A stretch of 62,827 nucleotides of DNA, counting the filler, from Sphacelaria rigidula (lineage: Eukaryota): the NCBI GenBank assembly GCA_964200075.2. It is 10 parts of 10 records of this genome, joined end to end, with 100 filler letters (N's around TTAATTAATTAA, not from the genome) between each part and the next. Parts side by side here need not be neighbours in the genome. Positions count along the whole stretch, not along the records: positions 37,760 to 43,951 come from CAXNAA020021614.1; positions 44,052 to 50,243 come from CAXNAA020021615.1; positions 50,344 to 56,535 come from CAXNAA020021616.1; 7 more parts are not named here. The stretch is one strand, 5' to 3'. The translations under genes were made by a program, and so were the position numbers. Below are positions 39,467-53,365 of this stretch, piece by piece. Numbering within the stretch: the stretch's first letter is position 1; each line of letters opens with the position of its first letter. Below the pieces are notes generated by a model. The model was not told where the DNA came from. It worked only from the letters and a program-made list of their open reading frames with translations, and did no database searches.

Positions 39467-42078
39467 CGAATGCTCCACACCCCGAGCCCGTTCCTCTCCC
39501 AAAACCTTTCCACTACCCCCGTCAGAATCCCCGCGCTTGTCTCGCTCAGTACCATTTTCCCGACGTCCGCCTCCGAGACCTCCGGGATCTCCAAGTCGGG
39601 CTCGCACACTGCCACTGGTTCTGGTTGAATAGTTTTCTTTCGCACCCGCTCTTCCTCGTGCCCCCCCTTTACCTTGGGCCTCTTACGACTCCGACCCCCG
39701 GCGTCACCGCTGCCACGGCCACCACCCACGGATTTCCCGGACGCACAACGTTTACCGGTCCCGCATTTTGATTGTTGTTCCTTAACGGAAGAAACCATCT
39801 CTTTCGCCCCCGAAACCGAGGCGGCCGTAGGTGCCACGGCTTCTCTTTCGTTCTTTGACGCTGACGCTGACGCTGACGCTGACGGAGGCGTCGGTGACGG
39901 TGTCTGCGTCGGCGTCGGCGTTGGCGTTGGTGCTGCCTGGGGTAGGGGGGGCGGCTGCGACGACTTTTTCGGTAACGGTACAATAGAAGGAGCAGAGGCG
40001 GGCAGATGGGAAGGCACTTGGGGGGTAGACACGCCAGGGGAGGGTTGATTCGCCACCAATAACTTCGGCGCAGTTGTTGCCGCCGCCACCGCCGTAGGCG
40101 ATGGTGCTCCTGAGGCTGCATCCGCTTCTTCGTTCCCATGTGGTGCATCAGCTTGAACAGCTGCCGCATCACTGGAGACTTTTTCTTTCGCCGGTATCTT
40201 CGACGACGACAACGGCGACGATAATGGCATGCCTTGTTCTGAAGCTGGTGTCAATCTCTGCTGCGACGGAGAAGTAACAGTTTCGGGCGCCGCGGTGGGG
40301 GCAACCGGTAGAGCACCGACCTCCTTCTCATCAGTAGACACTCGCTGCTCGCGACCGCTTGCGGCTTGGCAGGACATTTCCGGAAGAGACACTGCGCTTG
40401 TGCTGGCAGACGGCAGGGCGTCCGCTGAGGTCAGTGCGGTTGATGAATGGGCTCCAGGCCCAGTAGGCGCGGAACCGGGCAAGGGCACGGTGGCTGGTGA
40501 AGTGGCTCCTTCCGTTTGAGTCTCACGTGCCCAAGGTGTTACAGATGCGGTGGGGGCCGCGTCTGCTTGTGAAGGCGTGAGGGTATCGGTCGAGATTGCC
40601 ACGTCATCTGCCGCGGCAGTAGCGTGTGGTGCGGCAGGAAACGGCGGTTTATTCTGTTCCCATGATTTTGCTGCAGTCTCTTGCCCAGGAGTGGCGGAGC
40701 TATCGCACCGCGGCAGCAGAACGGTGGCGACGTTTGATGGCTTTTCCTTCGTTGATAACCCCGTAGTGGTCCTTGTAACGGCGGGCTGCGGAGGTACTGC
40801 CGATGGCAGACTCTTCGTGGACTCACCTACTTTCCCTGATGGCGATGCTTGGCCTTCGTCTATGTGCACCTGAGGCTGTACAGTGAGAATGGAGAGAGCA
40901 GCAGCGTACACGACAAACCAGGTTTGCACGTCACACAACAGTCGGGAAAGTTCACGCCTTGCTTTCGCCACGTTGAGAAGGTAGCCATAACAGTTGTGCA
41001 CGATTACGATGCAAGAAAGCGTAAACTCAAGTATGACGGACACATATCTTATCGTACCTTTCGTGACTCGGGACGCGATATACTGCGAATGAAAAAATAC
41101 ATCCATGTTACCGACCACTGCACAACACAAAACCTACACGGCATGTACATGCACAGAAACACGTAGCTGTTGCAACATATTCTGGGAACGTTTTGGAAAA
41201 ACAAAGGCTACCCTGGAAAAATTTGCCTCAGGTCACGTACAAATCTACGAAACCACATGACTATTGCAATATTTCATAGCACCCTGTCAACTGCTCCAGG
41301 TTCACTCGATTATGTAACTCCTGTGACCACGGCCGGATTACGAACGGCCATAACCCAAAACACGTCATCAACTATTCCGACTCACCGTCACGCAGCCGTT
41401 ACATCGCTCTGGCGAATCGTCGGTCCCGCTCTTGCCGCCCACATCATCATCGTGAGGTACTAAGCTCGGCCCGCTCGCATCCTCACCGCCTGCACTAACT
41501 CCATCTTGGACTGCACCGCCACCGCTGCGTGCAGCGACCGAAGGGCTCACCGTACCTGCTACATCATCCAATACGCGAGCAGCCATCCCGCCCTGCTCCT
41601 CTCCTTCTCCGCGACTCTCTTCTATCCCTTGAATGTTTTCCTCGACCCCACTATTCGCTTTTTCCCGGCAGAGTTTTTGCTTCCCCTCAGTCGTCACACC
41701 ATTTGCCCCAGTGTCCTTTCCTAGCTCCGGGTGCTGTGTCTCGCTACTACCGCCCGCCGGAGTAGTGGTTTGTGGTCGGCGATTGCACGGGATGGTGATT
41801 TCAGTCGTAGCAGAGGAGAGGTTGATCTCGTCGGTGGTTGTGGTGCCCAGTGTCGTGGAAAAGGAGTTGCTGGTGGCGGTTGCGGTATTTTTTCGAACTG
41901 GTGCTTTTGTTGTGTAGGTGTTGGTGTTGCACGTCTTTACGCTAGACGTGCCGTATGCGGCCTTTATCCCTGCTGATGATGATGTATTTGCTGTCGTTGT
42001 CGTCGTCGTTGGTGGTGGCGGTGGCGGTGACTGTGGGCATCCGCGATCAGCCGCGTCGGTGTTGACGCACGCCGCCAT
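39467..42078 (-). CDS. Two large exons of an Ala/Pro/Ser/Thr-rich low-complexity protein with a basic NLS-like patch and a possible Tudor-like domain start
   Basis: Exon 42078-41386 (693 nt, cacag|...|gtgagt, phase 0-0) joins exon 40869-39467 (ctcag|VHIDEG...GLGVWSIR|gtaaga) in frame, giving about 698 aa open. Contains RSRKRPKVK. Flanking exons were not identified. Confidence 0.75.
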
Positions 42079-44335
42079 CTGTGAGTAAATCTATGTTCGC
42101 GTGTGTTCTGATTGTGAATACGTGATCGAGCAGACGTGAAAAGGGGAATACCAGTGGGTACATCGCAAGAGTGAGGGCATTTGGACGATGGCGGGGTCGC
42201 AATGCTTTGAGCTCCGGAAGAAATTACTCGCACACAGTCGGTGAAGTCTCTCGATCCGTGGTGTAACTTAACCGGCCAATTATTTGACGACGGTCTCCAA
42301 ATACCGCTTCAGACTGAATATCCATCGTTGGTATCGGCAAATCACAGTACACTACACACACTATAACTATCTACGTTTGCTCCGACACCCCTGTCAGCGC
42401 TACTCAACACTGAACTCAAGAAAAGGTAGCACAGGAACTTGCAAGGGCGCACACCGCCCACCTCGCTCGCCCATACTCAATTTTTCTTTCACTGAAGGTC
42501 GAAAACGGGCGTGAGCAGCGCTCTCCATTGCAAAATAAAGAACCTATGATAAATACCCCTCATCCACAGACAGCAGGTGGTGCCTCAAAGAGGTGCAGCG
42601 CAGTTACTGCAATTGTTCAGTGTTTGGCGATGGTACAGCCGATGGTGCACGGCTAGAGTGGAAAACCGCGCCAAAAACATCGCCTGCGCATGTTCACCAC
42701 CAACCAGGCAGATATGACACAATAGTCAGCCTAATATATGCAATATTGCCAGCTGTATGGTGTAAACCCTTCGGACGGGAAGTCGGGTTAGGCGGAACAC
42801 CAAAAATATCAAGGATAAGAGGGTCCCAGAATTTCTCACCGACACGACTTCGGTGCAGCACTGGTTGTATAGAGTTGGTTGATTGTCACAAAGTAACTGA
42901 ACCCCGAGGGACCCAGCCGTGGTCGCAAAACACGAGTACCCACGGTAAACAAAACGGAAACGTTCGCAAAAATATAGGACATGGGGAAAAATAAAGCGAC
43001 AGAACGAACGGAGTAGACTGAAAGAAAAAAGAAACAAGAAGAAAAAACATGCGAAAACAAGAATAAAATCAAGCAGAAAAAAAAAGAAGGGAGCAGCACT
43101 TTCGCGGTCAAGGCCAACCTCTCGGGGCCCAAGACTAATTTCAATCCACAAAGACACAATGTGATTAAAAATTTGGTGGAGACGGCGAATCCGAGGTGCC
43201 GCTTTCAATATTATATTTCTTCAACTCGAAAATGACCACTTTACATTCGACATCACCCATTCGGAGTATTCCAGCGAGATTCACCAATTCGGGGTACTCG
43301 AATTCCAAACGGGTGATGAAAAAAGCAACCCCGAAATCCCAAGATGTTGCATTATCATCACTGTTTTTATTCCCGCATATTAGTTCGATCTCTCGAACCC
43401 GTGGTCACAGACGTAGGTTCGTCTTTCCAATGCATTAGGGGGGCAGAAAAACCTTGCGGCCGGATCGGGTTGAGTCCGGCTTCGCCAACGTCAGATCAAG
43501 TTCTAGCATCTGAGGCGACGGTTCCTGACAAATTATTTCGAATTCAGACCAACTTGCGGACTATTATACATCGAGAGTCGAGAACTTAGTGCGAGGCACC
43601 TACGGCGATATATATATATATATATATATATGCCCGAGTGATGTCTCTTGTGCAGTTTGGGCCCATGATTTTTCCAAGGATAAGAAAGTAGCTGTCCTCG
43701 GGGGTGATATCCTCCGTTTGGTCATGTCGCAAACGAACGGTGATGCTTCTGATTACTGTAGGGCACATAGTAAGAGTGTCGATATTTTGACGATACCTCT
43801 CATGCGTTTATGAGATTAATGCAATCCGCCCGCAAACGACCAATACGTCAAAATATTCCCTCCTGCCCCCCCCAGATGATACCCATGAGGCAGTGTATAA
43901 CCCTCGGCTGTCTCTGGAAGTGGCGATACCACAGAATAAAGCAACTCATAGNNNNNNNNNNNNNNNNNNNNNNNNNNNNNNNNNNNNNNNNNNNNTTAAT
44001 TAATTAANNNNNNNNNNNNNNNNNNNNNNNNNNNNNNNNNNNNNNNNNNNNCGTGGTCAATGGTCAAATGACTAAGGCAAACAACAAATGAGTACGCCCC
44101 CCCCCTCCCTCCCCCTCGGTGAACTGCGGCCTATGTCAACCCCAGCGTTGACTGCTAGCTGCAATCGCTGCTTCGTTTCGTCGTCTCTGTGCCGAGCGAA
44201 AGAGGTCCTATTTTGCTAGTGTTCCGTCCTGCAACCCGACTGCATTAGCCACCACGTTGTATCAACCACCCATTGCTGCATAGGTGGTGTACCTGACTTG
44301 TGTGCTTCGGCCGGGAATGTCGCTTGACCCAACAG

Positions 44336-46055
44336 CGGAAGGGGATCGACCGCGCCAAGGCTACTGAGCTTCTCTTTCTCAGCGTGGATCTCGCCGTCCG
44401 AGCTCGAGATCAGTTTTGGCGGGAGCACCAGCAGGAGCGGCAACAACAGGTAGGCCCCGAAAACAAGCCATCGTCGATAGACAAGTCACCGCCGTCAGAA
44501 ACACGGCCAATACATGAAGTTCAACACGATGATACTGCCCCTCAACGTGCTCCTACTTCCCCTGAAAAGGCCACGACTACCCCTGAAAAGGCCCGCACTA
44601 CTGCTACTGCTACTGCTACTGCTACTACTACTACTACCACCACCACTATCGGTACCACTCCTACTACCGCCACTACTTCTGCATCGCGAAAATTTGCGAA
44701 GGAAAGAAGAAGACCCCGTCCTATTGTAGCCGCAAGTCTTGGTTGCTACGGGGCCGCACTCGCGGATGGATCAGAGTATCGAGGAGACTACGGGATGACC
44801 GTCGGAATGGTATGGTTGAGGGAGTGGCATAGAGAGCGTCTGGATGTCCTGGCTCGGGCTGACGGCGTGGATCTGGTGATGTTTGAGACTATCCCGTGTC
44901 TGGAGGAAGTGCGAGCTATACTATCGTTGTTGGAGGTGACGTTGTAATGCAGCGAACGTAATTATGTTGAAAAAAAACATGTGATTCATGTAAGGATGTT
45001 CCATAACTGATCTATGCTGTTCACCCGGTCTTGTATATTTTGTCGAATTCGCCGCCTGTGTCACTCATCGTATACATTTTCTAGAACTATGAAATCTCGA
45101 TGCTGTTGATTGATATATTGTCATACTTCAACTGGGCTTGAGGTCGAGTAAAACGAGAGATGTATGCACGGTACACATAGTCGTGGGAAAATTGCGAGAT
45201 GACTCGCACTTTTCCCTGCGCGTCTTTTTCCTTTATATCGTCGTTTTTCTTTCATAGGCACCAGTCATTGGTCTCCTTATTGGCCTCCTTATTCTTGTTT
45301 CCTTTCCTTCTCTTTGTTTCTCCCTTGTGTTGTCTCTCGCTTTTGTTCAGTTTCCTCCGTTTGCTTTTTATCTTTCTTTGTCTTTTCCTTCTCGAGTTTC
45401 CTCTACTCTAGCGAAAGTGCGACGATCAATCCATGCATCAACCAATCTCGAGCTATACGGACCACATAAAGTGCTGCGTTGAGGGCCAGATTTGGAGTTC
45501 TTCTTCTCCGTCATACTTCTAGCACGTGCCCTTTCTGGGGAGGAGTCTGTCGCCTCAAAGGATCAAAACCATATCTCCCGCGGTACATGACTTGACACTG
45601 TCGGCATCGCGCACCGAATCAGCACTTGCGCGCTGCTCGACCTTCGCCAAACTTGTTTTGATTACTCACGCCTTCACGTTTTTAACGCCAAGAATCAGAT
45701 ACTACTCGGAAAATGCAAACGCTTATACCGATATTTGAACCCTCAACAGAGCCTTGACGGGTTGGAAGATGTACCAGTTTTAATTTAGACCACCGGGACC
45801 CGGCGGTAGAAGGACGATTAGACAGAGATTCTCTTCGAGCGCACTGACTGCACCTCGCGAGCAATACGCAGCGTTTCGGAGCGTCTTCACTACCCGATTT
45901 CGTTGCCCGCTTCGCCGTATTAGCTGAGTTACGTGATTTTCTGGACCGTTTCTGAGGTAACACCCTGCAGTGGTAATCGCCACAGAGTAATTGAATGTTG
46001 TTCCTTTTGTTGCCCTACGGTGTACGGTATGGATCCGCTGCACGTCTTACCACCC

Positions 46056-46093
<38 letters not shown>

Positions 46094-49000
46094 TATATAT
46101 TCAAGCAGAACTACCCCACAAACGTCGATGCTGTGATCAGCATATCGTGCCAGGACGAGCATCACTTGCGAAGGTGAGCAGCTACAGTACCTTGGGGGGC
46201 TATGGTTGGAGTTCTAAAAGATCTGACAAGTCCCATTTTTTTATTGTTCAAATAGCGTTCATCTCATCCCCCAGCCTTCAAGTTTTTCGAGGTAGCGCCA
46301 CTGTAGATTTTTGCATACCCAGTCGTGCTGTAGAGTTGGGTAAGCAGTACCGGCTTATGCTGCAGATTGGATGCAACGTAGCGATAATTGAGTCTGCGCT
46401 GTTTTCGTTGTCACTGTCAAGACAGTGCACGCCGAGGTGCTGCAAACAGACCACACCCTGGATAATGGCAATATATGGTCATCAGTTGCAATAAGAGAAA
46501 CGCACTGCGTAAAGTATGGGCCTATTGTAACTATTGACCATACAGTGTCATTGTCCAGGGTGTGAATGAGACTAAACCTCGTGCAGTGGCTATTTCCAGT
46601 ATCAGCTGGTTATTCTTCTTGTTCGGAGTACAAGAGTAGTCTCGGATCGCCAAAGCACCGATCGCCTCACAGGAAGCAACATCCATACGAAACTCTCGCT
46701 CAGTGTTGTTGTGTAAGTCGCAAGTCGCTCTCGGCTCTATTTTTTTCCTCACATTTTGAACCCCTCCCCTTCCTCGGGATGAGTCCGTGGTCTCAAGGGA
46801 TCAAGCCATCTCTGCCCCNNNNNNNNNNGGATTGGGTCAGCACTCCCGCCCCGCGTCAACTCACGTCACACAAACCCTGTCGACTACTTTGTTTACTCAC
46901 GTTCTCTCGCTTTCCACCGTGGAAATCATACATTACGAAGAGAAACCCCAACGCGTCGGGAATCGAACCCCCGTTCTCTCTACTCTAACGGCGACAGTGG
47001 GACCATTACACCACCGGGACGCGGCGGCAATATGTTTGGCCGGATGGCGCACATTGGAACTCAACATGTATGGGGCCTTCCGTTCACCGTATCTTTCTTT
47101 TCGGAAGCATGCTGATCCGTGGGACCTTCGCTTTTTAATCCCCGACGCGAGCTGTTCCGAGAATCCCAACCCAGATTGTCGCTGGGCACTGGAAGATGTC
47201 CACTGTAGGCGTAAGCAGGCGGGGTGAGCCTCCAAAGCAAATTTCTCGTGTGTTTCAGTTTTTGGCCAAGAAGACTGCAGCGTTCTATGTAACATGGTTG
47301 ACCGGTGGTGTTGGGATTATTTATTTCCTCTCTGTTCAGACCATAATAGCCAATCGAGGTTCCTTAGCTCTTGGCGCCACGAGCTCCTGCTTGGGCAGCA
47401 GGGGTTTGTGACCAGGACGAGCTCGTCGCTGCAGTTTCATGTGCGCTGCTCGTGTGTGTGACCAACTTGTTCTTGTGCTGCTTAGTTGGCGGTGGCAAGT
47501 GCGGAAAAAAAATCCGCAAACCTCAGGCTCGAGATCAAAGTATCACTCCACCACAACCGCACGCGCCGCCTGCAACACGCTCACTCCCACCTTACATGCC
47601 ATGCTGTCCATCTACCAGCAGCACCTGTGTGTATGTTGACCACACGCGCGTGCTGCTATTGGCACGATCATAACAGCTTTGCTGCATGCCCCTGTCTTGA
47701 GACGGCAAGGCGCTACCCATCGTAGGTTATTCACGAATAGTCATGATTCGTGGCATATACATGGTAGGCCTCTCAACCGAAAACAACGATCCCGAACTAC
47801 ACCCAAATACCCGGGGAACTGATGCCCTCATGATGGGTCTGGACGCCTCAACAGTTGGCCCTTTAATTGTCTATGCGCCAGTTGGCCGCTTCTCGTTTAC
47901 TTGTTCCGGTCGTCTTTTTCAATGGAGAGACCAGCGCCTACATAGAAAAGGCCATTTCCATCCATGCACGGTGTATACCTCGCGTCAGAGAAACTCGTGC
48001 ATGAGACGCGGCCGGCGGCATCGCCCTCTCACGACAGTACATTTTTGACAGTACAGTGTAGCAGCAGTAGTGACCGCGCCGACACAAATGCATTCATGTG
48101 GTCAACACTCACAGCTGCTGTGAAACAGATGAACAACGTGATGTATTCGGCGGGGAGCATACGTGCTCTAGGCGGCGCATGTGAGTGTATTGGGGTGGTG
48201 TTGATTTTGTGTATGGGGCTTGCGAGGTTATCCCCGTCTACCCCCTACAGCCAACTGAGCAGGACGAGGGCCACAAGTTCACATACACACAGGTAACGCC
48301 ATGGAACCGTAGAGCCCTAGTGGTTAATTTGTTCCCCTCACGAACCCCTGCTGCCCAAGCGGAGCTTCGTGGCGTCGAGAGTGGGGGAAGGCGGAGCGAC
48401 CTCAGTCGGCTTGAGAGTTTTGAACATGTAGGCAACAAAATGCCTCGCAATGTCACACTGCAGTCTTACTGCTCCAAGTAGAAATGGTCAGATTCGTTTC
48501 AGCGCTCAAACAACCTCCTAGCGGGCCATCTATCTCTACGCCGTGGTCATGATCCAAAAGCTGGCGGGACTATCACAGTTCACATTCTCGGCACAGAGAA
48601 GCCTGTGGACGCTCAAGGGGTCATTAAAGAGTATACAGCGATTGACGATCATAGCTCGCTGCCCTTCACCCCGCATCCAGCCTAATGACCTGCCGCCGCT
48701 CTGCGTTGCTTTCGCTTTTCGCAACCCGAATCGCCAACCATCATGCGTATCTTTCAGCGGCGAAGCTGTACGGGACTTTGCGGAGCTCATCTGGCCTAAT
48801 AACGCGTCTACTGCTCGGAAGAATCCAACGCCCCCACCAACAGAAGGAAAAACAGCTGAAAAAATCACGACTCCTCTCGAGGAAGCGTTGTCTTCAGCGA
48901 AGGCGACAGTCGTGGGTGTGGGCGTCAATTGCACGGCGCCACAGAACGTGGCAGGAGTTCTACACATCCTAGCAGAAGCAGCGAAAAAACGAGCCGGCAC

Positions 49001-49472
49001 AGTAGATGGTGGTGGTGATCGAGTTACCAATGACGATGAAGAGCACCAAAATCCGGGTAAAAGTAGTGGTAATGGAGTTTGTCGTAGCAGTGATGACAGC
49101 AGCAGCGGCAGCAGTAGTAGTGCTACGCGACGTATGGGAAAAGTCAATGCCACTGTACACGATACTGTCACTGGGAACATCTACACTCCCCGTGAAGGCA
49201 GCAACAACACGTATATTCACATTTGTGGCTCCATGAACAGCAATGAAATAGCGCTTGTGGCATACCCCAACAGCGGAGAGGAGTGGGACGCGAAAGCACG
49301 GGAATGGGTGCAAGACACTGGTTTTCGGGGGGACAGGGGGGCATTAGATTTTGGTCGCATGTCGCAAGATTGGTTCGCCGCGGGAGCCACCGTCCTCGGC
49401 GGCTGTTGCCGGACCACCCCGGCTCACATTCAAGAAATGAACGAGGTTCTCGTATCACGCCATATTACTTGA
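44336..49472 (+). CDS. HMT: Homocysteine S-methyltransferase family protein (HMT/MmuM-like), 5'-partial
   Basis: Exons 44336-44935 (SVDLAVRARD...VAASLGCYGAALADGSEYRGDYG...VDLVMFETIPCLEE), 46109-46173 (AVISISCQDEHHLR) and 48758-49472 (SGE...VGVGVNCTAP...VAYPNSGEEWD...LGGCCRTTPAHI-stop). Splice phases are compatible. The Zn-ligand cysteines (GVNC, GGCC) are intact. Confidence 0.93.
46454..46563. mobile_element. Short MITE of the accctggacaat family in an HMT intron
   Basis: TIRs cacaccctggataatggca and tgtcattgtccagggtgtg. Confidence 0.65.
46760..47027 (-). mobile_element. tRNA-derived SINE
   Basis: The minus-strand head carries a Pol III A box (TGGTGTAATGG) and B box (GGTTCGATTCC) but no intact cloverleaf. 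The body resembles a diverged copy at about 45480-45650. Confidence 0.65.
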
Positions 49473-52400
49473 GAAATCACGAGAGTTCACGAAAACTCAG
49501 CCGACCCTGCAAGATTCAACCGAAGTTGAAATCATGTTTCTTTTCTGGTATCACGTCAACTGTTCCGTACGTGGCTAGTCTGCAGTGACACTAAAATCGT
49601 AAGCACAGAAGTGTCAATCGTGTAATATTATCTTGAGTAGTCCGAATGGTCGCGTGCGGCACCGGATCTTGGGGTTACCCAAGACGTATCATCATTTCTT
49701 GTGCTTGCATCGCATGTAATCATTTTTCTCTTCTTTTTTTTTTTGCTTATTTTTGCTCATACCTGATTTTGTACGACTGAACTGGACCAGTCAATACTGT
49801 TTTTGTCAACTGGAAGTGGAGTATTGTAAACTGGAAGTGGCGACGAGGATTTATAAACATTGATGTTGGGCGGGGGGTGCATGGTAACGCAGGGGACAAG
49901 GAGGCAACGGTGCTTCAGGGTACTTACTACCATGAATTGAAATGCAGTATCCACCGTTTTGGTCTATGCCATGCAAAGAGTAATACGTTTGAATGACATG
50001 AAAGTTTGTTCAGGATCCTTAATGCAGTATATGGAATAACAAGAAAGAGAATCTTTGTCCCGATATTCAGTGTACGCATTCCCCCTCAAAATCAATTGCC
50101 ACCCGGGTGGTATCTACCGCATATTGGTATATTACAACTGAATGGCGATGCACCTAAACGAACGACCGCATCGATAGGACGTGTAAGCAACGATGTATTT
50201 TCCTCCGCTCCACTCTATGCCCTCTCCAGACACGATGGGGGGGNNNNNNNNNNNNNNNNNNNNNNNNNNNNNNNNNNNNNNNNNNNNTTAATTAATTAAN
50301 NNNNNNNNNNNNNNNNNNNNNNNNNNNNNNNNNNNNNNNNNNNGCAGAGTCGAGGTATGCGCTCATTCGATCGAAACACACAGAATGGTGACTGTAAAAA
50401 TAAAGTATAACCAATGCCACCCCCGGCCCGCTGTGATCAACTATTATACATCTTGCACGATGACGAAAGATATTCGCAAAACAGCTGCATCACCGCATGC
50501 CGCCGCTGCCATGATGTCCATTGGCACACTACCCGCTGCTGTACATCATGGGTCCACTGCTGTCCGCTGGAAACTACCGTAGGTTCCTTGAGATACCACA
50601 TCCTCAGGAGCAAATTTCGAAGCTCGATCACTTTCTCTCCACGACATGGTTGCAACGCCGCCCAGTTCAGCCCTGGCATCGCTTCTGGTGCGGAGTAAGT
50701 GAGCTTAGAAAAGCTGTCTAGGGGATGTGGTATCGTGAGCGACCTACAATAGTGAGTGAGGGTGTCACTGCCAGTGTAACGCTCGGTCTTGTACACTGCG
50801 GCCATACCAAAACAGCCATATCGTACCGAATTTCAATATTCGATACGCATCGTGTCATTTTCGGAATATCGACAAAAATATCGATATCGGCGGTTGTGGG
50901 TCGATATTCTGAAAATATCTATCGAACTTTATTCTCGGTCCGATATGCAACACTGGTTGGTACATCACTTACTCCGCTCCCTCACGGCTCTCTCGCAGCG
51001 ATCAGGCGTTTCGGATAGTGTTACTAAAGCTCGTACTTTCGGCCCCTCGAAACTGGAGTAGCCATTACCAGCCATATCTGAGGAACAGCGAGTTGTGCGT
51101 TCGAACGGTTAAACACTGCCAAATCGGGACATTATTGGCTTCTTTTTTCTTCTGCTACTCTCACCGATAGCACATAGTTGTCGGCGACGCTGCGGTAAGG
51201 CTGCATGTCCGATATATCTGGTCCCGACGATATGCCGTAGATGACCGACGGAGTCATTCGGTGTAAGGCACGTCGCATGGGCTCCAGATCCTCGTCCGAC
51301 CTAGCGCCCGAAACGCATTGAATAAAAAGTGAGGTACCGTTGCGTTCATGTTACTACATGAAATAAAAAAGTGTCAGAAGCGAAGAACGAGAACAATCGT
51401 GATACTTGAGTGCATACAGACGCGGGATACTACGTGTAACATCGACAGAACAAACATGCTGCAATACTAGCTATGTCAGACGAGAAGGGACGTTTTCCGC
51501 GGGTTGAATGATCAGCCCCATTTCGGTTCGAATCTACCCATATACAACTCAACAGCAGTTTCACTCGCTGCGCATGCGCAAGCTGCCGTGCCCCGAGTAT
51601 AACTGGTGGATATCACAACCGAGTAGGACGTATAGTTGAGGGTTCTCATCCCGGTACATAGGGTAAGCTTCCCTCGAGCAATGCCGATCCAATCTGCGAT
51701 AACACAATGTCGAGACATGTACGGGGGGAGAGGTGGGTTGCTCGCTTGGGCTTACGAACTCCGACTCGTCCCGAGTAAGGGACGGGTTTACGTGTGACGG
51801 GACAACAGCTGCGCACTTTCTTTAAATACTGTATTTTCAAGAGTGTTTTGAAAAGGTATGGTTTCCACGCCCTGCCTACCAGGGTCTTGCATGTCCCGCG
51901 CCGAATTCAGCCTGATTTACTGCACTCGATACATGACAGTATCGATCAATCACCCACAAGGCCAAGACCAACCATCTCCTGAAATCCCTCTTTCGAACGA
52001 ATGCTAACGGGAGATCCTGACAAGTGGGGACGATTTTTTTTTATGGGAACAAAAAAAGGGGAACTGTTCGGAATTGTGCAAAATGATACCCCTTGTAAGG
52101 CACCGACAACACTGGAGCCCCCCCCCCCCCCCGCCCCCCCTCTTAAAACGAAGGTCGGAGAACAGTTCGCAGAGCTTGTGGTGCCATTTTGAGGAGAAAA
52201 TGCGAAGCGTTTGCCCCCGGACTAGCACTTCATGTTCGGGTCTGGGCTTGATTTTTCTTGTGGTCCCGAAATTCGACATATTATGTTGTTCCTGGCATTT
52301 AAGGAGACCGAACTGCTCTTTCGGACCGTTTAGAAACGTTCCCCGTGCATTTCTTTCCTCTGTGGTCATTGGAAAGGCATTGAGTTTGATGAAAGCTTGA

Positions 52401-53365
52401 GAACGATTCCCGAAATAACTTGTCGGCAAGCTTTGATAACCTCAAGCAGTTGAGGACAGTGGAAACCTTCGGGCTGTTGAATGTTGGGCAAATTCACCCT
52501 TACCCGTTCCACGTCAGCGTAGGGTATATACGATTTTGCACAGTTCCAGGAACCATGTTTTTCTTTTTTCGTTCTCATCAGAAGAAGTCGTTCCCACTTC
52601 TGGGATCCCCTAATTCCGCTGTGTTGACATACTGATTGTTGTGCGTGAACCTCTCTAGCGCAGGAGGTGTCCACTTGTCGAATCGGCATCATCTTCGCCC
52701 TTGATGTGACTGAACATGACGCCGGTTCGGACTGACACATGCGGCGCTAAACGGGTGAGTTACTTGCCCGCTTTGAACTCAGTCGCGGTCACGAGACAAA
52801 CGACTGATACTCGATACCGGAATGCACCGATATACCGACTTAAGCTGTATCTGTGATAATTCAAGAAATAATAGTTCCGAATGTACATACTCGGGATTAG
52901 CGGTAAAACCTGTCACGGCTCATCGTTAGAACAAAAAGATCGTAGTAGTGACCGAAGAAGTGGAGCATTCATCGTAGAACAATGAATAGCTCATGTACTG
53001 TATAGCTCGTGTACAGAGAGTCAGCATATTGCCAGAAAAGTGAAGAGTTGAGTACAAACAGTCTCAGTAACAACACTTGGGATAAACAGTTTTAAAGTGT
53101 CCAAGAGCTTTGTCAAGAGATTCGACATAGCCCTCCGCTATCACTCTCCACCGCGACTCACGTCAAGTAAGCCTACCAGCTTGTCCTCGGTTTTCTACCG
53201 AGTAGAGACTAATTGTGTTCGATTTGAGTTCGCCCCAGTGAAGCGCCAAGTTTGCACTATAGTTTTTTTAATTGCACCAACGAGTGTTTAATCAACACTG
53301 TGCAGCCTCTGCGAGCTCTCTTTTCAGAGCTGGGCTCACCAGTTGAACCAATTGTTCCTACTGAA

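Noticed and set aside
43881..44110. Repeat family A apparently continuing across the linker, suggesting contigs 7 and 8 are adjacent
   Set aside because: It is a high-copy repeat at which contigs often break, and the contigs are size-sorted.
46940..47027. tRNA gene on the minus strand
   Set aside because: A and B boxes are present but the acceptor and anticodon stems do not pair properly, and it is attached to a repeat body, so it is read as a SINE head.
48536..49180. 214-aa minus-strand ORF
   Set aside because: Antisense shadow of the HMT terminal exon.
52004..52740. Possible Gypsy integrase or chromodomain tail ending at a purine tract
   Set aside because: Only a vague resemblance, with no diagnostic motif to support a call.
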